Below are positions 50,965 to 64,000 of a stretch of 64,000 bases of DNA, one piece after another. Position numbers and translations under genes: made by a program. The notes under the pieces were generated by a model. It worked only from the letters and a program-made list of their open reading frames with translations, ran no database searches and had not been told where the DNA came from. This DNA comes from Sphyrna mokarran (Eukaryota): contig JAGIQG010000002.1 of NCBI GenBank assembly GCA_024679065.1, forward strand, positions 72,230,001 through 72,294,000, written 5' to 3'. Each line of letters begins with the position of its first letter. Within the stretch, counting starts at the first letter, position 1.

Positions 50965-51256
50965 CTGTCTCGTCTAAACGTGTCTGGCTACCAGTGTTGT
51001 TGCTGTGGTAGGACGGCAGGTAGGGACTGTGATGAGAGTGACTCATGTAAGGATAAGGCAAGGATCTGTTGTAAGTGTTGGCGGCCGGGTACGAGCTGTC
51101 GTGCTGATGTGAGTGTCCTCCTGAGTGCAGGCAGTGCACCGGGTAGTGACCGTGAGACATGGCTGGAGAGCTCTGCTGGGACTGCTGACCAAATTCCATG
51201 AAAGCAGATTTAGAGTCCGGGGCTTCCAAACCGTCAGCCATCGTAGTCATGGTCAT
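50965..51256 (-). CDS. dlx6: Distal-less homeobox 6, coding exon 1
   Basis: MTMTTMADGLEAPDSKSAFMEFGQQ...HYPVHCLHS...YNRSLPYPYMSHSHHSPYL; donor CAG|GTGAGT; 292 nt, phase 1. Confidence 0.97.
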
Positions 51257-51265
51257 TATAAAACT

Positions 51266-51319
51266 TCAACTGGGGGAGAAAAAAAAACTCTTAAAGGCGA
51301 AATACTTGTCTTTTTTCAT
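51266..51319 (-). other. 17-codon uORF in the presumed Dlx6 leader
   Basis: MKKDKYFAFKSFFFSPS-TGA, in frame with and stopping 9 nt before the main ATG. Confidence 0.45.
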
Positions 51320-51449
51320 GAATCTTCCGAGGAGAGAGCGCGAGCGTGTTAACTCCTTTTTTTTTGTAAGTAAAAGATTATTTGGGGCTTCCAAGTTGAA
51401 TGGAGCAAGGATGGAGTTGAGGCAGTCTTTTAGTGGATTCTGCTAAAGT

Positions 51450-51660
51450 TAAGGCTCTGCTTTCAGACTTGATGCAGATGCTGTAATGTGCCACAAGTCG
51501 AATGGTTTGTCTCCAAAGGGCAGCAGCTCCTGATTGGTCATCTCTTTGCCTCGTCATCCTTCTGCCACAACTACTGGATTCACTGGATGCAGTCAACATT
51601 GGGTTAACCCGGCTAAGTTAAAACACAGCCCAAACAACCTTCTGCAACAAGGCTAATAAT
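51450..51660 (-). promoter_or_regulatory. Dlx6 proximal promoter region
   Basis: NF-Y-type TGACCAATCA on minus (51531-51540), ~280 nt upstream of the ATG. Confidence 0.55.
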
Positions 51661-54600
51661 TGCTCTCCTTCCACACAAATCCAAAGAAATTATAAGCTTC
51701 AAACAACATTGTTATTTGGACAAGATTGAAAATCTGGTGTCAAAGGGCTGAATTTTTAAATAGTGTATTTCTTAATAAAGCCAAACTGCAAAGGCAACTT
51801 AAACATGAGTCAGAATTGGCCAGATGTACAGATATAAGATGCGCATGCGGGCATATTTCAAGGAGTTAATCGATATTTCGCACTGTAGATGAAAATGTTA
51901 ATTTCATCAGCGGGAGGACGAAGACATTAACTCGTCATAAAAGAGAGTAAAGAGACCAAGAAATATTTCCCAGTGAAGGAAATCCCCAACGCAGTCAGTT
52001 AACACATCTTGTGTTACTGGGATCAGAACGTGTTCTACCGCTTGAAATATATGCAAATTATGAATGTAGTTGGCGATTTGGCAAATTTGAGTTAACACAT
52101 AAAGTAAAGATTTAAAGTATCTACACCTACCTCACCAAATTAGTTACATTATGAATGACTTCATTGTATTATCGATATCATTAAATACGTAACCGTGTGT
52201 TATATTTATTTTTGGATAATGTGTGTAGAGATAATTATGGTCCTACTTAGAAATACACAAAATTTATCGTGATTATTTTCGAATTGCTGCAATGAATTTT
52301 CCCACAATTGTCTTGTAATGATTATGACCGCATTTGGAATAAAGTAGTGGATATAGCATAAATTATCCTCTAATTATACGCTACTGTCGCATCAATTATC
52401 CTCTTATCAAAGTGGTTGTCTAACTGCAGCGTTTAGTTCCAATGCTCATTTTACTATAAAAAGAACTTTATAACTATCATTTACACGGCTCTTTAAATTT
52501 CATCGCACGGACCGAACTATCCTTTCCCCGATCATCATTGGAGAGGGAAGATTCTGGGGAGATCCGCTCATGGATAAAATCATCGAGGTCTCTATTTGCA
52601 ACACGTTTTAAATGTCTAAATTCAGATGACATATCAATCAGATGGAGTCTGTAGCAGCCTCATGCACACACCTGACAGATGAGGTAAGGCCGATTTAAAT
52701 ACGTTTTAAGGGGCAAAAACCCCCAAACCAATATTGGGTTTAGTATACCACTCTTAATTGGAAGGACAATTAGACAAGAATTCCTTCACTGACAAATGAA
52801 GTGACCTCGATCTATTTAAATAATGTATTAATGTTGTGAAAGGGCTCCAACATGAATATAGCATTGTAAATATGAAACAATATATGTATGCATGCGTTGC
52901 ATAGTCAGAATGTAGTCTGGGATTATCGTTTAGCATCATTACATCACCGGGCGATTTTAGTACCCTGTCTATCCGGAGTCGTGTAAGGTTTCTATTTGGG
53001 ATTTGGCGTTTCTTTTTATGCCTTTGGAGCCACATCATGTCTCTGAATACATCTGGTTATCTCCTGTTTTTTTTAAAATCTTTGCTTTCCAATTTACACG
53101 AGAGAAGGAAATCTGATCCACATCACAGGATGAAACAGGCAATTCAAGTTTACAATTCGACATATAGACAGTTTATATCTTTCAATAAGTCGAGGGATGT
53201 TTTTTCAGCTCAGTAGATTACTCGTCGATTTCAGATCAGTTTCACAAAGATAACTAACCATTGATTTGTATCCAGTTGGTCAGAGACAGACCTTCAGCAA
53301 ACATGGGCCTGTGTAATATTGACTGTAATAATACTGAAAAAAAACATGACCGGGTTTTTGGGGGAGACGACAAAACGAAGGTGCAAATCTAAATTGCCCA
53401 ATGTCTTTCTACATTATTCATGAATACTCTAGGAAACGGAGATACGGAACTTTAAAACAAATGTTTTTTTGGTAAACGAGTGGAAAGTAACAGAGATCCA
53501 GAGACGTTAAGAAACTTAATAACTTGCGGACTGATATTCGGATCAGCAAACGTTAGGATTAAAATTAATTACATAACATATTCCAGTGTGCTTTCTGATG
53601 ACATTACAGGCGCAACATCCAAAATAAACAATGAATTTCCTTAACTGGATAGTGTTACATTGATGCGGAGATACCGGCGTTGAACCGTGCTACATTAGCA
53701 TATTATATTATTAATAATACGCTTGTTATTATTTTTAAACCATTGACTTTAATAAATAAAATGCATTGTATTTTACACCCTTAGTGATTAAACAGTATAA
53801 TACTAAACTAGTAAATCGCTCTTGTGAATCATTTCAGTGATGGGACCACACCTTTGATTTTTCAGTAATTGTAAGGCACAGCCTATTTCAATAGAGCCAC
53901 TGAGGTGTTAGAGTCATTACTTCTGCGCCCCATTGCCAACAGCGATTTGTTCCTTAAGTTTTGATTAAGTCTGGACATTATCCTAAAGGGCACTTTGTTG
54001 TCTGGTATTATTTCTCCCACCGAGAAGTTAAATTCGTGACGACGAATCGGCTGGAACAGTTCAGGACAGAATGCGGCTGCATTTTAAAACCTATATTTTT
54101 GTTTCTGTGGCAGGTGCAACTCGGCATTGACACGCCGCACTGTAGCTAAACTAAGTGTTCAAATACATACCGAGCACATGGCCAAATACACACGCTTTAA
54201 TCATCATGATTGATCAGACAAGAAATATTACGCGTGATCAGTATTATACGACAAGTTACAATGTATTTGCCCAGACATCATTGTTTCTCATTTTAAAATA
54301 TATCTACGGGCAGATGTGCTGAATCTATGTGTAAAGAAGTATGAATGTCTACGGTTAGTGTGTTTGAATGTTGTGTATAAATTATATCTGGTATCTTAGC
54401 GAATCTTTTAAAATAACTCTGATACAAGCACAATTCTGATACAATAAAGTACACATAATCAATATTTAATTTGTTTGTTAGGGCTGCTATAACCAGTCCT
54501 ACGATACAACTGTCTCAAAATAAAACATGCTGTCTCTCTTGTTGAATATGACAGGATTCAATTTTGACTAAATTGATATAAACACAGCTCTGAGAACAAA

Positions 54601-57600
54601 TACGGATCATAGACAAAGTTACAATATGTGCGACCTTTTTATTATTGTTCAGTAAATACTTTTGAGGAACGCAGAAATGATCGACTGGTCAATATTTTCT
54701 ACAAACCTATTTAATTTAAAAAGAACGACCTCTTTTGGAGCTCGTGGAATCTGAAGGTATAGTGAGCATTTGTGCTGCTATCATCTGTCCCCTGTTGCCA
54801 CCACAATCCCACTGAATTCAACCTCAATGAGCAGTAAGCAATTTGAATCTTAATGAGTTTAATGATCTTCTGATTCCACACTAGTCATGACACGATTTCG
54901 CAAAATGAAAGAAAACATTTTCTTGCAAAGACACAGGGACCCGTAAAGAAGAATCTGATTTTAACTGGTTGATCTGGATATAGATTGAATGGATGCAGAG
55001 ATCATTTCCCAGAGGCAATATTACTTTAAACTTGCACTGAGAATGGTTCAACCTGTTAAGGATAAAGTTGTAGACAAACCCCAGAAGTGAAAGGAAATTA
55101 TTGCACTGGGGAAAGTGAGTAGATTGCCTTAAAAACATGTAGCGGGGATTGTTTTAACAATCAGCAGATAAGATAATTAGGAACTTGAAGGAAATCTTTC
55201 CGCGCTTCAGTGATGCAATGCTTAGACAACAAATCGGATTGAATATATACCATTTGCGAACAATCTGTTTATGAACAGATGACTATAACCTATTTGCATT
55301 GTAGAGAGAGAAATATATCAGCTGTTCAATAATATATAAAAAAAGTTTCGAGGACAGCATCATGGCCGAAATACATTGCTGAAGTGAAATAGCTAAATGG
55401 TATAAACATGTATAGAAGGCGGTGCATTAATCCATTTATAAGAGTACTTACCCATCTAAAAATGTTTAACATTCTGTAGTGATTATTCAACTGACATCAC
55501 CAGGCGTATAATTACTTTGGTTGATACTTAACGCGTTAGCGGAGAAAGCAGAGTACGCTAGGATCACTTCCTCAGATATTGTGGACATGCAGGCGTCGAT
55601 GGTTTCCACGGCGATCATGTGGAAGAAATGGTAGCTAAAATATCACATATGGATCCAGCACCAGCTCTACCGTGTAACGCACTGTACCTCAAATCTATTC
55701 GAATAGACATCAGGGGGTGCAGAGAGACTTCTGTCATAAAGGACATATACTGATGCATTTTCTTAACAAATAAAATGCTTATATACATCTATGTCATTTA
55801 ATCCATAATGTGAAAATTGCTATTATTGTCAGAATGATGTTATCCTTCTTACCATTGCCTTTATTACAGCTACTTTAAAATTTAGAACATATTCACTAAA
55901 TACAAATGTTCATATATTGCTTCCTTAATTAAAAAAATAAAAAAAAAACTTGTTTATGCTTTAACACAAATAACACTGCACTCTATATAGTGGAAATTAA
56001 AATAATTGTTTCTTTATGAACCAAGACTGACACATTTAAGAGCATAGCCACAAAATCTTTTTAACTATGGACTTTTCCAGTGAGCTTTTTCTAAATATCG
56101 TTTACTGAGAGAATTATAAACTGCAGCACGATAGCAATTGCAGCTTAACGAATGGCGGATGCTGAGCTGTTCAGAACAAATAAACAAATAAAACAAGATT
56201 AAACACTTCTGTCCGTGGGAAGATCCACTGGCCAAAATAAGTAACTATTCCGTCTAACACTAATTAAATTTTACTGGTAAAGCAATCATTTACAGGAAGC
56301 ACGTTTCCATAGCCAAGTAGGTTAGATATTTTAAACAATAATTTTAATAGCCGTGGGTCTGTTCGATATTTAACATGGAACGCAGCATTTGTCTAAGTTC
56401 GGTTATTAGATGAACCATTTTGAATAAAGGGTTGCACCTCTCGGCTTTCAATGGGCGATTTAGGTTATTGACTGCATTTTTGAGGTTTGGAACGAAATTT
56501 AGCGGTCACGCACTTCAACTGATCCCATTCAATGTCAGCGGATAATGAATTTTACTGTTCGCAAAGTATCTAGAAATCCCAGGACGGAACTAAGATACAT
56601 TGATCTCCCACCCACCACCTCAGCACCCCCCCCCCCCCCACACACCCCTTAACATCGCCGCCAAGATAACAGAAGTCAAGTACATGATACACCTCAAAAG
56701 CGATCTATTGGCAGAACCTTTGCAATGAATTGCTGTAACGTACTAATTGTGCGAAATTAATCATTTCTGACGGCTCAAACACGTTTCACGCTGCGTGTGC
56801 GGGTTTTTTTTTGTGCATGGCGAGGAGGAAGCGGGGTTCTCGATTACAAATAATTCAGATAAATCTGTGCAGAAATCTGTTGAACGAATCAGTTCACACG
56901 AGCGCCACTTGAATGTTTTTAATATGAGCAAACCCAGATTTATCACGGGATATTTCGTGACTTTAAGAGCTATTTCAGATGTGTTGTTCCCTCTTATCAT
57001 CAGATCTGAATATTTGTCTGGGTTCATTTTTCATTAACGTTTGCCAGATTCTTTCCCCTCGATTCGCCTTTAAACCGCGCTGCTTCCAAGAGGGATTATC
57101 AAGGGCGAAATCACAAGCTTTTGAGAAACCGGCTGTTGTGTTTTATTTATCAAAAATTGTACCGAAAATACATTCTCTCCTCTCCCCCCCCCTCCCTTGC
57201 CCCATACGCTAGTTATTTTAATATCAGGTCAATTCAATCAATGTATAAACAGTCCAGCATCGATCACTGTATACTTGAGTTTAAAACGAATCCGTCAGAA
57301 AATAGATCGCTGGCACAAAAATAAATAAAGTATGTTCAAAGACAAGAGATCTGTATGAAATAATCAAATACATCCAAACAAACTTTCATTTCTTTATTCA
57401 TTTTATTCGAAGTATATTAAAGATCCCAGGAAAAGGAGATTGTGACTTTAAACATCCAAGTAATTTCTATCCTGCTTAAATCATAAGTGGAGAATGCGCA
57501 AAGCCTTATCTTTCCTCCCCTGATTAATTGACATGGCTTTGGAGACGCTGTAATTGTAGTAAATTATGGTGATGCCTACCCTGTTTTGTCAGTGTAATTA

Positions 57601-59229
57601 TCTTAGGTTTTATTTTTAGAATAGTCAACCACCTTCGAAAATAAAACGAGAATGCCTCTAAGCATTCCGAGCGCTGACATTCGCAACAACATGTCCTCCG
57701 CTCTTGTATTTTTTTTGTCATTGGGATTCGACTCTCAGGGAAACGGTTGGGAAAAGGCAGAATGTCAATAAAAAAAAAGATTGGTTGTAATGGCAATCAG
57801 TCTATTCAATTTTGAAGTGCCGCACAAAAACACATATGTACACACACGTGTATATTATATATATATGTATATACATATGCATATTATAAATATATATATA
57901 CCCACACACGTATGGGCGAGTGCATCTGAGTGACAGCAAGGGCAGCAATCATGGTGTGCAATGGTAGAAGCTCTTTTCTTTTTCATATCAGAATGTACCG
58001 TTCGATGCCATTTATCCCTGATGATAGAAAATTGCCCTGTTGCCAGGACACTGCCGAAATAGAGGGCACAACGCCACATTTCCATTTGCAGCTTGAAAGC
58101 TATTCAAATTAATTCGCCAAACGAAGAGCCTGCGGTAAACAGAGGGACGAAAGGATTGTGTTGTTTTTAGCTTCCTTCCTATGTTGTATTCTGTGCTTAG
58201 TCTTGGCACATTTATTAATTCCTTATCAGTTGCTGTAACATGGTCGACGTTTAATCGCCGTTTGTGGGTTTGGAGTTTGTGCTTTTTTAATGACTGCGCA
58301 CTACTAAGGCAAAACTACAAATAAACTTCAGGTTCATGACATTCCCTGGAACTCAATCCGAGTACAAAGCCGTGATTTTTTTTTTGTTTAAACTTTTCGA
58401 GAAATGACTTTCCAGAATACATTGGGTGCCCTACTCAGCCGTAATGGATTTGCGGGATTCACTTTTTTTCACTATTTCATCACAAATTCTCCACGAAATT
58501 AAACACATTTGCGGTTGTTATATTTTCTATCTGCAAATATAAGGTAAACTGAATTCCGTTAGTTTTCTGAGGAGTATCCGTCAACATAGTCTGATAATAT
58601 TACTTCTAATAATACAGCATTCCATCAGGATGTATAATTGCAATATCGGAAATTGGGAGCACTGGTTGGCAATAGAGAAATTTAATGGTCTATTGTTAAT
58701 GTTGGAATATACATTTTATGAAGCCCCATCTACTGGAAAGGTGCCCCCAGCCCTTTGATACTATTTGGACTATAGGAAAATTTTGATGGAATCAATTTAA
58801 TTTTTCCAACAGCAAACAATTGCTAGAATTGAATTGCTTCAAAATTATTATGTCAGAGTCAACATGCTCCTTTTCTGAAGGAAAATCATTTGTAGACACA
58901 TTCCCAACAATTCACATAAATCTGAGTCAGAAGATCAGCGTGTGCAAAATGGAGCTGGCATTCTTTCCAAGCGTCCACAACACGTGATTCCATACTAGCC
59001 TCCAAATTATTCAAGGCTTTACAATGGTTTTTAAATATTTATTGTCTCACAGAGTATTTAGTGAGTTGTATTTGAAAATATTTTGGAATTGCATATTTTC
59101 TCCAAATCGTGACCTGTTATATTAATTAAATAATGTTTTTATAATTTTTATAGCCTCTGTCAAGACCTGATACAGTAACAAAGTGAATTCCACTTCAATT
59201 CATTACTTTTCGAAATATATTTTGGGTTG

Positions 59230-59480
59230 TTTCGTAGGCAAGCTAACAGCTAATTTGCACACAGGATAAAAAAAGAGATACATGGACAATGATCCTGTTT
59301 TGATGATGTCGGTGAAAGAATAAGTGATAGTCAGAGACATTGGAAAACGCGCCTGTTATTCCATTAATAGTGTCATCAGACTTTGTATCTCTACTTGAAT
59401 AGATGTTGATGCCCTAAGTTTAATGTCTCATCTCCAACAATGCAACACTCCCTAAGGTGTCAGCCCAGTTTATAAACTTA
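59230..59480 (-). mobile_element. Decayed Deu-domain SINE (SacSINE1-like)
   Basis: GTTTAATGTCTCATCT..CAACAATGCAACACTCCCT resembles the Deu-domain core. Confidence 0.6.
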
Positions 59481-59519
59481 ATTCCTACATAACCTGACTG
59501 AAGAAGACTACCTCAATTG

Positions 59520-59700
59520 AGTTGCTTAGCTCAGTTGGCTGATCAGTGATGTGGAGCATGAGTTCAATCCCCACGCTGCCTGAAGTTGTTCATGAAGGCC
59601 TGCCTTGCCCTTGCCTGAGGTGTGCTGCTGCTCAGTTAAAATCATAACCAGTCAGCTCTCCTCTTTCAGCCTATGGTCCTCTGGAACAATGGTGACTGTT
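59520..59700 (+). mobile_element. Decayed tRNA-derived SINE
   Basis: A-box TAGCTCAGTTGG and B-box GTTCAATCC followed by a non-tRNA body. Confidence 0.55.
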
Positions 59701-60641
59701 ATCTGTCACATGCACTATCTCAGCATTTGATCTGGGCTAATACCCCTATGCAATATTAAGGGACTGTTAGTCTCATTAACTTCCCAAATTTCCTAAAATG
59801 ATCCCTCTTTTCAAAAAATGAAATGTTCTAATTTGAAAGACATTTTCTTTCAATTATGTCTTAGCTATTCTCCCTATCAATCATTACAAAGACTTAAGAG
59901 CATGCATTAATAATAAGTATATGCCCCAGTTAATTTTTGTCTAATGTTCCCAACAGTCTCTTTTATGTTTATGATAAACCATTTGCAATGATGTTCTCTC
60001 TCCTGGCCACATGAATGATTTTTAAATTAAGTTGTTGTAACAAGAGATTACTTTGGATTAACCTGTTCCAAAATATTAATTTTTTCCCAAAAGTTTTAGG
60101 GGATTATGGTTTATATGTTTGAGTGTTTCTGTGGGATTAATGGCAATATAAATTTCAAAATGTTGTAACATCAGTACCAAATGGAATACTTCTGTTGGTG
60201 ACATTTAATGCCATTGAGAAATAGCCCACAGGTTTCACAGATGTCAAGTTCATCTTCATGTAGCAACACAGCTCCCACACCAATTTCACTAGCATCCACA
60301 GCCAGTTTAAACTGCTTGGCCTAATTTGGTGCAGCTAATCCTGGTTTTGTTGTCAATGCAGTTTTTATATGTTCAAGTGCTGTTTGCCAAGTCTCTATCC
60401 AGTAAAAGTGCTTGTTCCTTTTTAAGAGTTCTGTGAATGGTACTGCCACGCTACTAACATTTGGCACAAACTTATAACAGAATCCATTCATTCCCAAAAA
60501 CCTTTGAATCTCTTTTGTTGTGGGTTCTGGTAAATCCTAAATAGTCTGTGTTTCTGCATCCTTTGGGACTATTTGACCATGTCCCATGATGTATCCCAGA
60601 TATGAAATTTGGGCATCAGCAAATTTGCTTTTTGCTAGATT

Positions 60642-60885
60642 TTGCTAGAAAAAGAGGCAGAAGTCAGAGAACACATGAATAGCTTCTTCCTGCTACCATG
60701 AGACTTTTCAATGAACTTACCTTATATTAAATTGATCTTTCTTTACATCATAGCTATGACTATAACACTACATTCTGTCCTCTCTTTCCTTCTCAATGAA
60801 TGGTATGCTTTGTCTATATAGGGTGCAAGAAACAATATTTTTCACTCTATATTAATACATTTGACAATAATAAATCAAATCAGAT
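60642..60885 (+). mobile_element. Rex1/Babar 3' tail inserted in the Gypsy RT
   Basis: Same tail as 5820-6035; TAGATT duplicated at 60636-60641 and 60886-60891; removing it restores LVMNLAKSKFADAQISYLG. Confidence 0.8.
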
Positions 60886-61521
60886 TAGATTCATGACAAG
60901 ATTGATTCCTTTTAAGTGGTTAATGTTTCTTTTAAGTGGTACTGATGTTCTTCCCAATTTTGATTGAACATCACTAAATCATCAGGGTATACTGCACAGT
61001 TATTTAGTCCTTGAATAACTTTATCTCTGAAAAGATGCACCTTCATTCTTCACCCTGAATGGTATAATTTCACATTGATGAAGGCCGTTTGGTGTCATGA
61101 ATGTGGAGATCTCTTTTGCCCTCAATCAGAAGGTACTTGCAATAGTCCTTTAGCAAGTCTATCTTTGTAATAGATTTAGACTGTCCAACTCTTTCGAGGC
61201 AATCTTCCAAACATGGAATAGGAACTAAACCCCTTTTGGAGACGGTACTCAATCTCTTGTAGTCCACACAAAGTTTTGTGTTCCATTTGGCTTCAGCACC
61301 ATTATGAAAGGTACTAATCTAATCACCAGAACTCAATTCAGTAATGTCATTTTGGAGAATATATTCAATTTCCATCTGTACTGTTGATAATCCTTCTGGA
61401 TTTTACCTACATGGATATTGTTTTATCAGAACTGTGTCCTCTACATCTACATCATACATTGCTACATCCACTCTATCTAATTTATCTCCATAAGTATATT
61501 CGTAGGACTGCAATGACGCTT

Positions 61522-61860
61522 TCATAGAACCCTACAGTGCTGAAACAAGCCCTTCAGCCCATTGAGCCTGCACTGACCACAATCCCACCCAGGCTCTACC
61601 CCCACATCCCTACATATTATGCCCACTAATCCCTCTAAACCATGCATCTCTGGACACTAAGGGGCAATTTCTTAGCACAGCTAATCAACCTAGCCCACAC
61701 TCTTTGGACTGTGGAAGGAAACTGGAGTACCCGGAGGAAACCCATGCAGACACAAGGAGAAGTGCAAACTCCACACAGACAGTGATCCGAGCTGGGAATT
61801 GAACCCAGGACCCTGGAGCTGTGAAGCAGCAGTGCTAACCGCTGTGCTACCGTGCTGCCC
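61522..61860 (-). mobile_element. Full-length HE1-type V-SINE inserted in the Gypsy element
   Basis: GGGCAGCACGGTAGCACAGCGGTTAGCACTGCTGCTTCACAGC head, GGTTCAATTCC B-box, V-domain, TTCTATGA tail. Confidence 0.92.
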
Positions 61861-64000
61861 AATTCGCTCCAGTTCTTATCTGGAAGATAACTTAACAAGG
61901 CATTTTAAGTTTTCCGAGACTTCCTCATTTATTCAAATAAAATTGATGGAAGTCACTGCCCAAATTTACCCCTCTTCTTTTCCCTGTTTCATTAGAATTT
62001 CTTCTCCATACTCTGGAGGTAACACAATTTGGCATTTCTACTCATTTGTCATCGGCACTAATATGTGGTGGTCACCATTTTCTCATTAGTATTTGGTCAT
62101 TTATATAATTACATTTAGGAATACAGTGAGCTTCCAATGCTGAGTAAGCTCTCTGATAGATTTGTTTTAATTTGGTATTATCCTCCTCTCATTCCACAGT
62201 TTCTTTGAATTAAATATATCAGTCTTTTTCCCATTGTCTGTTTCATCTTCATCCAGTTTGCTAAAGATCATAGCAGATAACCTGATCTCACTTGACTCAC
62301 CCTGTACTCTGAATTACTTTATCATGTGAGTGCACAGCACACTGAACTGTATTAATCTCCTGTATCTGCACACCACTGATGCTGAAAGAAGGGAAAAGTG
62401 GGCCAGAAAACTCAACTAATCCCATGTTATTCAGTGCTCGCAACCTCTTCTGTCTTATCTTATGAGTCTGTGACTTCATCGCTACAAAAACAGGACAAAC
62501 CCCTGGGCTGCTCTGTTTGCAATTTCTCTGCAATGGACTTTCTAGCAGCTGTTCAACCACAATAATGGACCACTACCATCTGTGATCCTGCCACATCATT
62601 GCCCAGAATGAATTGAATCCCTGCAGTGGACAATGCTTCTACCATTCCTATAGCCACTTCTCCTGTCTTCAAGCTAATCGTTAAGCTTACTTTTACCAAA
62701 GGAATTTTTTTGTTTTGCTGTGAATTCTGCTGACCAGAGCCTCTATCTTCACTATCCCTTCTGGACAACAAATATCTTTATGCCACAACATTAGAGATTG
62801 CCTACTGTCTGTGTCTCTTAAAATTTTAACATTTTTCACTATTCTAGACTGTCCATATGGAAATACTTCACATACAAAATCCTAAAACACATCAGTGACC
62901 TGCTAGCCACTCGGGCTCTGCACCATTTATACACAAATTTTATTCCTATTGTTTTCTCTTTATGTATAAATGCTGTCTGCTTCTCCTGTTCTCCAATCTC
63001 TGATTTTATACTTCCCTTTCTAAGTCCCTTTATAACTCCAGCCATCTTTCCATTTAACCCTCAGCATAATGAGTTGGTGTGTTCCAGTTTATCACAATGA
63101 AAACATCTAACTTTCCTCATAGTTTTTATTCCCTCAGCATTACCTTTTTTTTAATTTTGAAATGAGGTATCCTTGGAATTTTCAATCACTGCCCCTGTTG
63201 CCTGACCATCTTTTCTTGCATCTTCCCACGTTCTATCTTTCGCAGATGTAAATGAATGCCAAAAGAAAGGCATTGACATATGAACTAACTCATAATCATC
63301 AGCAAACCCCACTGCGAGTCTTGAAGTTTTAATTCCTTATTCCTCAACATGAGTTCTTATCATTGCAGGTAATGAACCTTTAAATTCTTACAACAGAATT
63401 ACTTCTATAAGAGCCACGTAGGTTTCTTCTATTTTTCAAACCTTCACTTATCACTTTGTTTCACCCTTTCAAATTCAGTATATGTCTGCCCAGACTATTT
63501 TCCTACATTTCAGAAGTTTTGTCCGTATATCTCCAATTCTAACTCATAAGTTCTCACTACTATATAATTTTCCGCAGACCTTTCTTCAAACAACGATACA
63601 CGGACTTCACTCATACTACTTACAAGTTTAGTCTGTAAGGGCAATATCCAAATCTCTTATGGCCATTTCATCTCTTCAATCATTTTCTCAAAAGTGTTAA
63701 AAATGCCTCGGTATCCCCTTCATCATATGTTGGAAGTATCTGTATAAATCTAAACTTCTCCCTGCTAGGTTCATACTAGAAGTACTTTCTTCCTCAGCCA
63801 GCTCAATAACCTCTGTTTGGCAATCGTTGCATTAAACTTGTTGCTCTTTCTGCCATTGCTAACTTTATTTCCCAGTCCCCTCTCTTTTTCTTGCATCACC
63901 AATTTCTTCATTTCTATTTTTCCTTGCAATTGAATTTTAGTGAATTCAATTTTCTCACTTCTCAAAACGTTGGCTCTGTTTGACAGAATTTGCAAATTTA

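Larger units (their letters stand above)
60220..64000 (-). mobile_element. Decayed Gypsy LTR-retrotransposon internal region (Gmr1-like), continues past the window
   Basis: Gag EFKGSLPAMIRTHVEE and CFHCDKLEHTNSLC knuckle; protease ILRDTDSRQSL and FILGNDVAG; RT DYKRL..PIPCLEDCLERVGQSKSITKIDLLKDY and AVYPDDL; RNase H FKLAVDASEIGVGAVL. Confidence 0.88.

Noticed and set aside
53700-53765. MEF2-consensus matches at 53708 and 53729
   Set aside because: Inside a nearly pure AT tract where such matches are expected by chance
61790-61860. tRNA gene
   Set aside because: tRNA-derived SINE head continuing into the V-domain; no cloverleaf

Overview
Vertebrate genomic DNA, almost certainly from a shark or other elasmobranch, judged from HE1-type V-SINEs, a Deu-domain SINE and CR1/Rex1/Penelope repeats. 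The core is the convergent Dlx5 (+, 3 coding exons, 277 aa) and Dlx6 (-, 3 coding exons, 244 aa) bigene pair. About 10.1 kb separates the stop codons, and this interval holds sequences I recognise as the I56ii and I56i enhancers. The pair sits in a ~28 kb CpG-retaining, nearly transposon-free domain (~30.7-58.6 kb). The flanks are CpG-depleted and full of nested, decayed retroelements, including a TSD-flanked L1 and a Gmr1-like Gypsy. Most notable: (1) Penelope-derived fold-back elements carrying minimal hammerhead-ribozyme motifs with covarying stems; (2) a candidate SINE with a U2 snRNA-derived head; (3) in-frame uORFs in both Dlx leaders; (4) a displaced duplicate of Dlx5-upstream DNA. Most entries in the ORF track are spurious. 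No searches were run, so family names and cross-species comparisons come from recall.
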